Under the pieces are notes generated by a model. That model was not told the origin of the DNA. It saw nothing but the letters and a program-made list of their open reading frames with translations, and did no database searches. A program made the position numbers and the translations under genes. DNA of 64,000 nt from NCBI GenBank assembly GCA_008632985.1, contig QPGO01000003.1:1-64000 (forward strand), given 5' to 3'. Within the stretch, counting starts at the first letter, position 1. Every line of letters begins with the position of its first letter. The stretch is from Psammoneis japonica. Its lineage: Eukaryota. Below, in pieces: positions 37,387 to 50,730 of the stretch.

Positions 37387-40300
37387 ATGACGTTCTTCTT
37401 CTTTCCGACCATCGCGACATTGCTATGGTTCGTGATGTTGCATGCCGCAGATTGCCAATTGCCTTCGAACGATACAGATCCTCTCATGTCGATGCTGAGA
37501 AAAAAGAGCAGAGAGAAGTGGACAAAAGAGTCTGCAGGAAGCGCTGAGATCCTTCGAATCGCCGTTGACGATGACAAGGAACTGGTTGAGGCAATATCAC
37601 TATTCGTAACGTACAAAAATGGAAGAGGAAAGTCTTTGGCGAGAAAGGTGTCGAGTGTCGAATCCAAGAGAATACCCCAACATCCTATCATGACGATTGA
37701 GACGAGAGACCAAGAAGCAATCCGAGCGTTGTTGGACGACCCTGATATTGATTTTGTCGAGGTCAACACAAAGTACATGCACTGCAACTGCAGAAGCGTC
37801 CCAAGAAACCACTCACTCCAGCAGAGCGACATCGTCGCGTTAATGAACATGTTGGGTACGGCATAGGAATGATTCAAGTGGACCAAATATGGGACATTCC
37901 AAGGGACGCTTCGCAAACTGGAAATATGACGATTTGTATTATTGACAGTGGCATGGCTCTGGGACATCCGGATCTTCCCACTGAAGGCGTGACGGGGACA
38001 AACACAGGGATTGGGGATTGGAGGGTCGATGATTATGGCCACGGCACACACTGTCTTGGAACAATTGGGGCGCTAGGAAACAATGGCATTGGCGTTACGG
38101 GTATTCTACGAAACACATCAGGCTTCAATTTCCACATTGCCAAAGTTTTGGACGCGCGGGGTGATGGATCTGAATTCCTTGTCTTGAAGGCACTCGCAGG
38201 CTGTATCGCTGCCGGCTCCAAAGTCATAAGTATGAGTATTGGAGGAGACGAAACAAGCGATATAAGTCGCACAGCATTCCAAATGGCATACGATGAAGGC
38301 GTTTTACTTGTTGCCGCTTCAGGGAATGCAGGTGACACTTCACACGCCTATCCAGCATCGTTTCCATCAGTCATGTCGGTAGCTGCAACTGGACAGGATG
38401 AAGCAATTGCACCTTTTTCTCAATACAACGACCAAGTAGAGATCGCCGGTCCTGGAATCGACATTGTATCAACCGTACCGAAAGTCGATGGGACACGTTA
38501 TGGCTACGGTAGCTGGAGTGGTAAGTGCAGATAAACCAGTCGTTTTCAACAGAATGCATGACTGGATCTCATTGACTTCTCCGTGATTTCTCTTTTTAAA
38601 AAGGCACTTCAATGGCAACGCCCTATGTAGCCGGCATTGCTGCTCTGCTGTGGTCGCATTTTGAAGAATGCACGAACCATCAAATCAGAAACGTGCTGAT
38701 ACGAACTGCCAAGGACATAGGACCATCAGGCTGTGATACCGATTCGGGATTCGGGATGATCCAAGCAAAGGAAGCCTACGATCTTTTGAAACGCGATGGA
38801 TGCACAGCCGGTGATGAGTCTCCAGACCCCCTTTCGGATGGAGCGCTTGGTGGTTGTAAGCAGGACCCTCTTTACACCCAACCTCCAACACCTTCGCTGA
38901 CTGAGTTCCTTTGTGATAAAAGGTCTTCATGCTCAATCTGACGACGGACAAATGGGGAGAGGAAACTTCTTGGGATCTAACGAATTCCAAAAACGACGTC
39001 ATTGAATCTGCTAATGGGCTTCGTAGTGAGAAAACCTACATCACGCAACTCTGCTTGCCTCTCGATGTATACACCTTTACCATTCGAGATCGTGAGAACG
39101 ATGGAATATGTTGCGAGTATGGAGATGGGGGCTACTCGCTTTATTTTGACGGGCAACTGGAGAAAGTTGGCGGAATTTTCGGGCCCATAGAAAAAGTCAG
39201 GGTTGGTATAAAAACAAAAGGTTCGTCACCCCCTTCGCTGGTAGAATCAGAAGCTCCGTCTGCACCGTTGACTTTGATGCCAACGGATTCGTCAACCGCA
39301 CTATCTTCTGTTTCCGACACGAATCAAATCTCAGAAACACGTAAGCCGTATCTTCCACCGGAGGGTGGTTGCGCAGACGATAAGTTCTGGCTATTCACTA
39401 CCAAGACCGGCTTGAAAAAGCCCTGCAGATATTTGAAATCCAAGTCTTTGTTGCGATGCAAGCTAGTAGGGAAAAATGCCTTTGGCAATGATGCATCTGG
39501 CTACGAGGCGTGTCCACTCACATGTGGCTCTTGCCCAAGTGAGGAGATAGAAACCTCGGCTCCAACTTTGACAGCAACATCACCCCGCACCACTTACCCG
39601 ACCCACGCTCCATCATCACGAGCGCCAATGCCACGACCCACAGAATCCGATTCCAACTCGTCCATCACAACTAGAACCGGGGCTCATAACGCAGAAAACG
39701 TTGGGTCAACATGCATCGACGATAGAAAGTGGGTCTTCGTCAGGAAGGGTTCAACAAAAAAGTGTAAGTTTGTTTCTAAGAATCCTGACGCTCGGTGCAA
39801 GCTTGTTGGGCAAGATGAAGAGAACAACTCGGTATCGGCCTATGACGGTTGCCCCTTCTCTTGTGGAAATTGCAGCCTCCCGAGTTCCTCAGAACAAACT
39901 ACGGCACCATCAGATTTAACTGCATCTCTAACAATTCAGCCTACTCCAGGACCTGGTACTACCGGTATAAGACCAACGAACTTCCCAACATCGACACCAA
40001 CTAAGTCAAAAACGCTTGCACCAACTTCGTTCAATTCGTCGAAGCTCTGCAACAATGGATATGAGGACGGCATACTCCTATGTGAAGAAGATAGGAGCAA
40101 AATGGAATGTACAGCTTTTGCCAAGTTAAACGGTGACAGCTGCGATGACTTCTGTATGAAGCAAGGCGGAATTTGCATATCGGCAAAATCCGATGCAGAT
40201 GATTCGTGTGTCAGCAGAGGACCAACGAAATGCAGCGACAAATTAAAAGACAACATATGTTCATGCTCGCTTCCTTCAATACCAGCAAAGTCGCCAGCGA

Positions 40301-41025
40301 ATTCACCGGCAGAGTTGTCTCCAGCAGCAACAGAAGATTCTCTCTGCAAAGATGACAAGGACTGGTACTCCGACAAATACAAGATGGACTGCAAATCCTT
40401 GGAGACGGAGTCATTCTATTGCTGGATAATGGGCGAAAATGCGGAAAGTTCAGGTCAGACAGGCTACGAGGCTTGTCGGGTCGCTTGCAACACGTGTCCA
40501 GCAACGTCGCTCAATCCTTCGACGCTCTGTAATAATGGATATGAGGACGGCATACTGCTGTGTGAAGAAGATAAAAGCAAAATGGAATGCACAGTCTTTG
40601 CCAAATTAAACGGTGACAGCTGCGATGACTTCTGTATGAAGCAAGGCGGAATTTGCATCTCGGCAAAATCCGATGTAGATGATTCGTGTGTGAGCAGAGA
40701 GCCGACAAAGTGCAGCGCTGAATTGAAAGACAACATATGTACCTGCTTTGTTGGAAATTTTGAAGAGGCTCAGTTACCAGCAACTGCCAGTTCGTCAACC
40801 TGTACAAGCTATAAAGGCAGAGACTTCCTTCACTGTGAGCAGACCAAAACCGAATGTTCAGCCTACGTTAGGTTGGATGGCGACAGCTGCGACGATTATT
40901 GCAAGAGTCAGGGCGGTAGTTGTCTTAACGCATCGTCTAACGGCGGCAAGGTAACATGCGAAACGAAACGTCGAAAGTCCTGCAGTAAAGGCGTTCGAGA
41001 TATGATATGCACGTGCACCTTCTGA
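37387..41025 (+). CDS. Second secreted subtilisin (S8) protease, paralog of 26021-30071; intron at about 38522-38603
   Basis: IIDSG, HGTHCLG and SG|TSMATP, with the same intron position and similar Cys-rich modules. Confidence 0.9.
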
Positions 41026-41441
41026 GTTTATCAAACCAACCAATGCTGCGTGCGCAGAGAAGAGTGCTACTTTTGTTGTGTTGAATGGTAGCAGCTCTGT
41101 CCGCAGACGGCTCCCGATCGGTCTGAAGCCACAGAATCGAAACATCAACAAGTCGAGTGACAAATACGGTGCAGATCGGAGACCACTTATAGAGTGAATG
41201 GAGAGCCATACTCAATACCGGTAGAGGGCAATCGTCTGAAGGGAGTTACGATTGGCACTACCGTATTGTGCGCAGTTCAGAATGAACCCTAACCCAAACG
41301 GACTACCCTGTCTTTGTCAATAGTCTCAATTTAAACCCTCTCTACTACAAAAACTGAAGACTAGAAGATCAGCCTAAGATGCACAGAAATCATGAATTAC
41401 TACCCTTCCTTTTGCACGATCACAATTTGTGTAACAATGTG

Positions 41442-44400
41442 TTACCGTGCATCAATTAGTTTTGCTCGAATGCTCTTGATGTGCCTCCCCTTTGTGTCCA
41501 AGACCAATTCGAGAACTTCGGATTCCGTTGAAACTCTTAGCGGCATCTCATCTTGTACGCCTGAATGATTTGGATCTGGCAACGGGATCTCAATTGTTTT
41601 GTTTCTCGAAAAGAATAATATCTCCTTTCCAGTTCTATATATGACCAAGACTTTCAACAAGGAATCTACCCCTTGTTTGCTGCGGCTTTTGGGCTTGCAA
41701 AGTCGCCCTTGACCTGAGATTTCGAGAATATTCCACTTTCTAATTCAGACGTTTTTGTTCGGAATACAATGGTACCCGTCCGCTTCGTTTTGGAAGTAAG
41801 TGTCGCCATGACAGGATCTGCCACTCTCATGTATTTAGCACTAGCCTTGTCATTGCTTTCAAATCCCGGAATAGCAAGAAGCTCCTCGCTTTCATAGTTC
41901 GAGGCGCCATAGCTTTGGTAGTCCTTCTTGCAGTACTCACGGAGATAGCCGGGGGATGTATCGAAAATCTGACAGTAGGAGGGAACTTTTTCGTCAAAGC
42001 TAAATATGTGCAGCAACTAAACCTTTCATTTACCGCTCCAACGGGATGGCTCAAGTCGTCCATGAAGGTTTTGCCCGAGACAAAGTAGTTACCATTCTCG
42101 CATCCAGGAATGCATTGCACTCTGTCATAGCCCTGTGGTCGGTTCTTTCGTCCCATTAGGTCTGACCATTTCTCGCACGACCTGGTGTCACAATTTGCTT
42201 CAAGTCCGTTTCCATCTCCGTAAGAGTACTCGTCGGTCAATTCAAAGAGCGAGTGACCAAGCTCATGTACCAAAACTAAAGAGGAAGCAGGATGCATTGT
42301 CGCAGTAGCAATGTTTGCACTTGTATAGCCAGCGCCTCCATACTGCCTTGAGCTATGAATGACAACAGTTTGAAGATTAGGTCCGACAGGGAAGCACTTG
42401 CTGCCTAAGTCGTGGGCGCGTTTTATGTCACAGCACAAGAGTCGATCAAATCCCTGGCAGCCCAAATTACAAAACGACTCGTCGAGATTCAATGGGTCTA
42501 CCATAAACACATTGAGCTCATCGATCTCTTCTGCAAACATATTATAGTTTTGCATGAATCGATACGTTCTGTAGACCTCATCTTCCCAAGCATCGTGACC
42601 AACCGAATCAAAGGCAGACGCAACGAACACGATGTTGATATTGTGTTTGTAAAATGGAGTCCCAAACGTGTGTTTGATTGGATAGCAATCCGGCGATGCC
42701 ATGCAAACGCCACTCCGACACGTAGAGGACTTGCACTGCCTATTGTTGGAGCACGGCCTACCAGCGCCCAAGGATCCTGGTTCTGCATCTACTTGTATTT
42801 TGTGGTCGGTGTCACCGGAGCCTGGTGGTAGCTTGACCACGGGTTTATTGGACGGTGCGATAGTGAGACCAGTCGCTGGGACCGGTGAGGGTCCTGGCGT
42901 TGCAATCGTTGTTTGGTATGAAGCCGGCGATTGAGTTGGTGACGGTGTAGGAGGCTCTGAAGGGAAGGACGTCGGCCGCTGAGTCGGAGATGGTGTCGCT
43001 GATGCTGAAGGGGATGTCGTGGGGTACACAGTAGGATTCCTTGTCAACGGGGTGGTTGGTAAACTAGTTGGGGTTAACGTTGGTCGCACCGTGTGAGGAC
43101 TTGACGGAGTCGAAGTCGGATCCCTTGTAGGCATTGAGGATGTCGGTGAAATTGATGGGGTCATCGTTGGGGGAGGCGTTGGTGGCATCGTCAGAGGAAA
43201 AGTTGGTGCGGCTGTCGAAGTTTCTGTCGGTGCCATTGTCGGGCGAGAAGTCGGTTGTAGTGTCGGTGGAGCAGACGGACTACTTGTTGGGGTTAACGTC
43301 GGTCGCACCGTCGGAGGAGTTGATGGTTCCGAAGTCGGATCCTTTGTAGGCGGTGAGGATGATGGCGAATTTGATGGCGTCATTGTTGGGGGAGGCGTTG
43401 GTGGCATCGTCAGAGGAAAAGTTGGTGCAGCTGTTGGAGTTTCTGTCGGAACCATTGTCGGGCGAGAAGTCGGCCGTATTGTCGGTGGAGCAGACGGACT
43501 ACTTGTTGGAAACAAAGTGGGAAAAGCCGTCGGTACTCTTGTCGGCGGCGCAGATGGGCTATCCGTTGGCAACAAAGTGGGATTAGCGGTCGGTTTTCTT
43601 GTCGGTGTTGCGGTGGGTTTGTGGGTTGGGTCTGCGCTAGGCAACGGAGTAGGTCGCGATGTAGGCCTTCTCGTAGGGGATCTTGTGGGTGTAGCAGTCG
43701 GAGGCGCCAATATCGCAGCACCAAAATCAATCGGTTTCCACAAAAACAAGAAAGGCTCACCACGATTTCTTGTTTCACCTGTATTACTCGTCATTCTATT
43801 GACGTTGTCCCAAGAATTCCCGTTCCAAAGACAAAAATTCGCGTCTTGTCCGTTGTCCTGGGCGGCAAGCATGATGTTATTCCCCCTCGGCGACGAGAAT
43901 ATTCTCAATGAGTTTGGCGCATTTCCCAAGTCGGGCCCTTGCCTCTCATTAGACCAGCCATTGCTTAATGACCACATTCTGTATCGTAATTTATTATCAA
44001 ATTGTGAATAGACTGCCATTGCCCTTCCCGTGGCGTCCTCAAATGCCACATCAATGCCTTGAAACTTTTGGGCAAGGGAACGAGATGCAGCATTCGTGAT
44101 TGATCCCCACATTGCGTTTCCATCCCAAACAGCAAGCCAAAATGAAAAGTACTTGAAGGTTGACACTCCCAAAACAAGGCGATTGCTAGTCGGATCCGAA
44201 GATATGGAGAGAAAGGCAACATTATACGACATTGAGACACCGCTGGGTGGTGCTATTGTTCCTTCCCGACTCCATTCAATGCCATTAAAAATGCGATAAT
44301 GTAGCGTGGGAGACTTTTTTGCATATAATAGCATTGCTCGACCACTCTGCTGTTCATAGGCGACCTTCACCTTGATTTTGCCCCAATTTTCATTGTTTTT

Positions 44401-45005
44401 CAGGTCTAAAGAATCACTCCAACGCTTTCCATCCCAGACGATGACATTGTCCGATGAAGAAGGCCCAGCTACGGATAAGATCATCTCATCCGATAAAGGA
44501 CTTGCCACCAAGTCGATTTGGTAATGGCTGTCACTTGTATTCGGCAATCGTATCTTTGACTCCATGCTCCAGGATCTGCCATCGAATGTTCGGTAGTGAA
44601 TTTCATCCGTATTCCCCTTGTGCCAAACCAGCATGGCCCTTCCCGTTAGAGATTCATAACGGATATCAAATGATGCCTGATACCATTCTGTTGCCCTGTA
44701 GTCCAAAGGAGAAAAGGGAAGGTCTTTCCATGTAACTCCGTCGTAAATTTGTGCTGTGACTCTTTGATCGATCGTAATTCCAACGACAATTGCTTCGTCC
44801 CGAGTTGGTGAGTAAGCCCCTTGATAACTTTCCATCGTGATCCAGTGCTTCTCATGCTGCCTGATTGAGAGAATCGTTCTCCATCCCAAACCGCGTAACC
44901 TGGCGTACTGCCACTGTTTGCCCAAATGGCCAAGTCCTGTGCAGATGCAAACGCCAACGCCAGGAAAGCAACGGCGTGATTCAAGACTGGAGAGAAGTGC
45001 TTCAT
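41442..45005 (-). CDS. Secreted protein with WDG-repeat (propeller-like) domain, PT repeats and peptidase M64-like domain
   Basis: Signal peptide MKHFSP...ASAQ, repeated (W/Y/F)DGxxW units, YGGAG and LVHELGHSLFELTDEY. Confidence 0.85.
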
Positions 45006-46629
45006 GGTGTTTACTTATTTCTCCTCTGCCTCTGTTGCAATAATTTTGGTTGAATCGATGTGAAGAGTTTGTTGGCGGCGGATCGAGAGCGAGGGTGGCG
45101 GAAGCTGAGAAATGAGTGAGTGCGAGAAACACTTTGATTTGGTGACTGGCACATAAAAAGATTAGATATAAGCCCAATGCCCGTGGACATTTTGGACGAC
45201 TTAGACATTCTACTCGCGTCATCCATCATCCTTGATCCGGAATGACTGTAAATCATTCAAAGTGTTTAGCATGCACCCATTTATTCAAGGATCTGCACTG
45301 TGCTTCATTCTGGGGCCAGACAAAATCTGCACCTGTCCTGGATGGAAATAAATCTCAATCAGTGCCCCATCTGTCTCTCCCCCTCTTTTCATCGCAGGTG
45401 TGTGCAGAGGACAGCACCGTGTCTCCCTGACTGGACGGTGCCAAGTTGAGGGCACGGGAGGTTTTTTTTCAAAGGTCGTGCAATTTGCCAAGTTCTCGCA
45501 AAATGGCCACAGTTCTGGCAGGCTCAACGAAAATGTGTGCTTTACAAAATTTGCACCTGGCAGCTTTGAAGGACATGTGCTCCACATGGTGGCGGCGCAA
45601 GTTGGGCGGTCTTTGAAGAGAGCCCCTCGATGCACTCACTCTTTGGTGCAACCCAGGCTGCTGGCATGGTCTTTGTGCATCCAATGTGCGCTGGTGCAGC
45701 AGAGAAAGGAGAGAGAAGACAGGTGGCATGCAAACTCAGATTTCTGCCCAGAAGAGCTGCAGATTTTGTCCAGCCCCCTTGTGGAGCACAACCACAGATC
45801 CTCAAATGGGGGGTGCAGATTTTCTGTGATGACCAGGGCGGCATGCAGCCACAAAGAGAGCAACAAATTGTTGGCAACAATGACACAATGGGTGAGCAGA
45901 GCAGTTGCTGCAATTTCTGAAAAAATGTCAAACTCTCTCATGGGCAGCTTCTTAGATGGCTCTCACACTCGCACACTTGGAAATGAGAAACGAGTGGTGT
46001 GCCATGTGCCCACACTGTTCCGGGCTGTCAACTGACAAATCGCACTGCAGCTGAAAGATCATTTTGTTGTTGACACACAGAAGAAGCTTGTTGTCATGGC
46101 ACACTTGCTTGCACATTGCCAGTGTGAATGATGGTTGGATGCACAGTTGCTCAACGTGCACATGCAACAGGTCATGAGAGCAGCGGTGCGATTGCCTCTC
46201 TGTGGCGCACATGCTGCTGGCAGCATCTGCAGTTTGCCAAAGAAGTCTGCAAACTGGGCCCATTTGGTTTGCAAAATGTGTTTGCAAACAGAGTGTTTGC
46301 AAGACACTGAAGTCTCCCAACTGGCTGCAAACAGCTTGCAAAGTGTCTGCAAACAAAAGAGCTCATCCAGTGGCTCGCAGCTCAAGCACACATGAGCCAC
46401 ATGTCAGACGTGTCTCTTGCCTGGCACCGCTGTCATCTTTTGATGTGTCTGAACATGTCTGCTCCATCGCATTGAAGAAGCACAACAACTTTCTCAGCAA
46501 TGACTTGAAACAGACTGGTGGGTGTGCCCCTTTTCACATGAAATGCGCAACCCAAGAAGAGGTGTTGGTCCTTTGGCTTTCAACTCATTTGCCCCAAGTG
46601 GAAGAAAACCTCAGTTGTGTGCATTGGTG

Positions 46630-48850
46630 TTGGAGCTTCATGGCTTGCCAGCTGGCACATGTCAAGTGTCGCCATCTCCTGGCTTGCTGCATGGCTTGCA
46701 AACATGTCAGCCTGATGCTGCCAGTTGTCATCGACATGTTGACCAGGTGCAGACGCGTTCCTGCTCTAGGTGGACCTCGTACTACTGAACTGTGACACAA
46801 TTATTTTTTATCATCCGTCGTATGTTTCGCACGTACATTTCTACGTGTTCTATTATAAAAAATTGTTCCACACTGCCTGTTTTGCGAAGCCAAAGGCTTT
46901 CTGTTATCTGCACTTATGTCAATAAAAATGCGCTGGGTATATTCTTTAATGTCTGAAGAACATACCCGCGCATGCTGTAAAGAATGTACTTCAAGTGTGG
47001 AGGAGGAGATACGTTCGCAAAATTGCCTCTTTTTCTGTTGGCGATCATTCATATGTGCATTGCTTAATAAATTTACTACAGAGCTCGCACGTAGAATTCT
47101 ACGGGCCCAATGTCACAAAAGTCCCACCTAGGACTGGAACCCGTCTGCAGAAGCTAAAAGGTGAGCACAAGACCAGCAACTCAACCCAAGTTGCGGAGCG
47201 TCAACTTGCCATGTTGTTCACAACTGTCAGTGCATCCTGTGCTGCAACTTTGTCTGTCCACCCTGCAACAACTGCCTCTTGTCCCAATGTTCCAACACAC
47301 ACTCCTTTGACAAGTTGTCAATCAATCGACCTTTTGCACATCAAGCACAGGAGGATGACACTTGGAAATCATGCCACCCAACACCATGCCAGCTGTTCCA
47401 TTGACTCTTGTGGTCCACATCATCTGACTCCACTGAAGAATGACTGCTGTCAGGACAATCCCTCCTTGTGTGTCTGACCTTGTTGCACTTCCAGCATGTG
47501 ATCTTCTTCTTGTCATTCTGCACAAAACTTGTGCCCTTGGGTCTCTTGTTGGTCGTGCACGTGTCAAACACCTGCAGCGGTGCTTCTTTGGCTGAGTTGG
47601 GGCACACATTGACCCCCAATGTGAGCTGGTGCCAACTCAGGTCCTTCAAGACATGGCAACACTCCTTGGCACCTTCCGCTGGCATTGCTGCTGATGACCA
47701 GCTCCTTTTTTTGCTCTGGGTGTCATCAACATCCTTGCCAAACCCATCTTCTTTCTTGGCGATTTCTTCTGGGATGATCCTGCCAGGGGATGCTTCCACC
47801 ATTTCAACCACACTGACAAACCAATCACAGCAGCATTGAAGTGCTTCTCTGTTGTCTTGATGAATGAGTGCCAACTGCTCCCAAGCCTTCATCGCCTGGA
47901 CACATGGGTTTGTTTGCTCATTTTTGCATCAAACAAAATTGACTTGAGAGTGCTCAGCAGTGCCACCATGTCCCACTCCTTTGTGACTCTCACAAGCTCT
48001 GCCACTCCTTCAAGCTTGTGACCAACAGCCTTTGCACATTGCCCCGCAATTGTGTCAAATGCCCTCACCTTCTGCACCTTGTGGATCACACTCTGCTTCA
48101 CACAGTGACCACATTTCTTGCCTCAGATCACCTTGTCCTTCTCCAATGCGGTGTCTTCTGTGATGGACAATCTGATTCTCCTGGCATGTGCTCCTGCCTT
48201 AGAGACAACAGCGCCTGCATTTTTGGCCTGAACATTCTTCTGACATGTTCAATGAGATCTTCCTCGTGGTTTCCATGCATCCATCTGCCTGTCTCGTCCC
48301 AACTCGGCAATGGTGTCATGCACCCAATCCTTCAAATCTTTCACACTTCCATGCCCAGCTGCAATCTGCCAACACAAGGTGTGCCTTTGGATTCCCACCA
48401 ACCTTCTGGTCTTTTTTTGGGTTCTCACGCACTTTCCAGGAGCCCTTGTCTCTGCAGGCTCCTCTCTCAACTTCTCTCAGCCCTTGTTCTGTTGACTCCT
48501 CTTGACTTCCCAGCCCTTGTTGAACAACAACACTCCTTTGAGCATCATGCCATGGCTTTTGGCTTCTGTGTTGGAGCTTCTTGGCTTGCCAGCTGGCACT
48601 CACATTTGGTCTCACTGTCTCCTGACTCACCGTGTGGCTTGCAAACACATCAGCTGATGCTGCCAGTTGTCATTGCAGCCATGTCAACTGGGTGCAGAAG
48701 CCAAAAAGTGAGCACAAGACCTGCAACTCAACCCGAGTTGCAAATGTAAACTTGCCACATTGTCCACAATCATCAGTGTGTCCTGCGCTGCAACTTTGTC
48801 TGTCTGTCCCATGAAAACTGCCTCTGACCCTGATGCTCCAACAACTGGGC
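46630..48850 (-). mobile_element. Decayed Ty1/copia-like retrotransposon remnant: gag region between two diverged direct repeats (46630-47300 excluding the MITE, and 48570-48850)
   Basis: Zinc knuckle CWKCNKVRHTRRDC, and gag-like segments IAGQC..KLE..DMVALL and LGVNVCP. The flanking direct repeats could be LTRs. Confidence 0.6.
46752..47145. mobile_element. Intact 394-bp non-autonomous TIR element (MITE) with 4-bp TSD TGCA
   Basis: Left end gacgcgttcctgctctaggtggac; right end reverse complement gacgggttccagtcctaggtgggac. TGCA at 46748-46751 and 47146-47149. The related repeat near 48690 shows the empty site. Confidence 0.9.
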
Positions 48851-50199
48851 AGGAAAAGTCCAAAAACAATGCAGGTGCAGCCACAGCTGCACATTCAAGG
48901 AGCACAGAGGAACAAAAAGCTGAGGCAGGATGTGGCGCTGATGAAAACTGATTGAGGTGCAATTGGCACTTCTTGCAGGCTTGAACTGGAAGAAGTTGAA
49001 GGCTGCATGACACACACACAACAGCAACAAAGTGGGGTCATCAGCTGTGGGACAAGAGCACCAGCAGCTCAGAGTCAGGAGGGTGGTTGAGGAGGGGGTT
49101 CTGTCAAGACTCCCACACAAAAGGAAGAGGCCTGGCTGCAGAGTGAAGACAGAGAATCAGCAGAAAAAGATTTTGGAGGTCTGTTCAAGAGGTGGGCAAA
49201 GAAGGAAACAGACTTGCAAAAAGTTTTTCCCCATGTGAGATTCTCCCCTGCAGAGCCAGCCCCCCATTCAAGATTTGACAAAATTTGTCTCAGGCAAGCC
49301 ATGTGTCAAAATCAAGAAAGAAGGCAGGAAACAAGTTGGTTTTGGCTTTCTTCTTACACACATGGAAGCCTGCCCTGCTCCAGGGGCAAAAATGTCATGC
49401 TCAATGCACAGAAAGCCTCACAAGTGCTGGTGCAGGTCATGATGCAGAAAACCACTTGTTGCAACAGATTGCAAAACACCCTTTTGTCCGATGATGAAGT
49501 CACCATGCTGGTCACACTTTGAGTGAATTGAGAGTTCATGGAACACATGAGGGAGCATCATCCAGTCTGTGGCACTGGCAGCAAAGTGCTGAAAAATCTG
49601 GTGCAGGAGCAGCACAGCACAAAAGACCAAACCCATTTGCAACAACAACCAGGAGCCTTGCTTTGCTCACTGCCTGCTTCCAAGGATCCATTTTCTTTTC
49701 CACCATCATGTCTGTTTCCTTGTGTTGACAAAATGGCAAAAAAGGGGCTAAAGTTGATGCCATTGTCCAGGCTGAGCTTTGCTTCTTCTTGCATCTTTGG
49801 GAGCTTGCTCATCAACAAATGTTTCATTGAGCACATTGCGAATCACTCATGCCAACATGTTGTTGAAAAAAATCCTTTGTGTCACATTCAAGAGCCTGCA
49901 TTCATGTGCTGGAACATCAAATTGTCTTTTGATTTGCGCATGAATGAGGCTGCAGGTTGCTCAAGGGAGAGCCAAGCTCTGGCTCTGCAGTGCCATTTGA
50001 CAATCAAGAATGACCAAGCCAGCCCTCAGTTTCAAACATGTGGGGGCACATGTGCACGAGGCCTTTCCATGATGTGTGCCCCTGCCAACATGTTTGAAAA
50101 TCATTGTGTTTTGTTGACTGTTCTTGAAAATGGTGCCAAAAGTTTGGGCCATGCATTTCATGCAAAAAATTCTTGGAAATGTGTGCCTGAGTCTAGAAC

Positions 50200-50730
50200 A
50201 AGCCACACTAGGAAAAATGCTGTGCTGGCATTTTTCCTGCCAAAGTTGTGGCAGCAAAAAGCAAGCAACACAAATCCAGCTGACTTGTGCAAACATTTTG
50301 GTGTGCAGCAGCATTTTATGGTGCAGTGTCAAGTTTTCAGATGTTGTGCTCAGCACTCCATTGAGCTGCACTGTGCATTGTGATGTGACTGAGAAATGAG
50401 GAGAAATGGTGCTGGCACATGACCTGCCAAAGTCATGGCAGCAAAGATGCAAATCTGACTGTCTTGCATTTCCATCAGCTCCAGAGGAGTGCAGCACTGA
50501 CTTTGGATGACACACTCAGCACTCCATTGAACCATGCCCCCCCTGCAATTTGGTTGAAAAATGCATGGAAAAGTGCAGTGTCAGCATTTTGCCTGCCAAA
50601 ACCATGTTGCCACAAAACACAAGCAGCACAAACTCAGCCATCTCATGCTTCTGTTGCTGCTGTGCACACAGCAGCTTTGGGGCACAGCACTGAGCTTTGG
50701 ATGCTGCACTTGGTGCTCTGTTCAGCATGT
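50200..50730 (+). repeat. Degenerate tandem repeat, about 3 units of 170-190 bp
   Basis: Recurring cctgccaaa and cagcactccattga segments. Confidence 0.5.

Noticed and set aside
5196..45005. Frameshifts in WDR5, TFIIF-like, carrier, PHB1, subtilisin and other genes read as mass pseudogenisation or programmed frameshifting
   Set aside because: Scattered 1-bp indels in conserved housekeeping genes fit an unpolished long-read assembly better.
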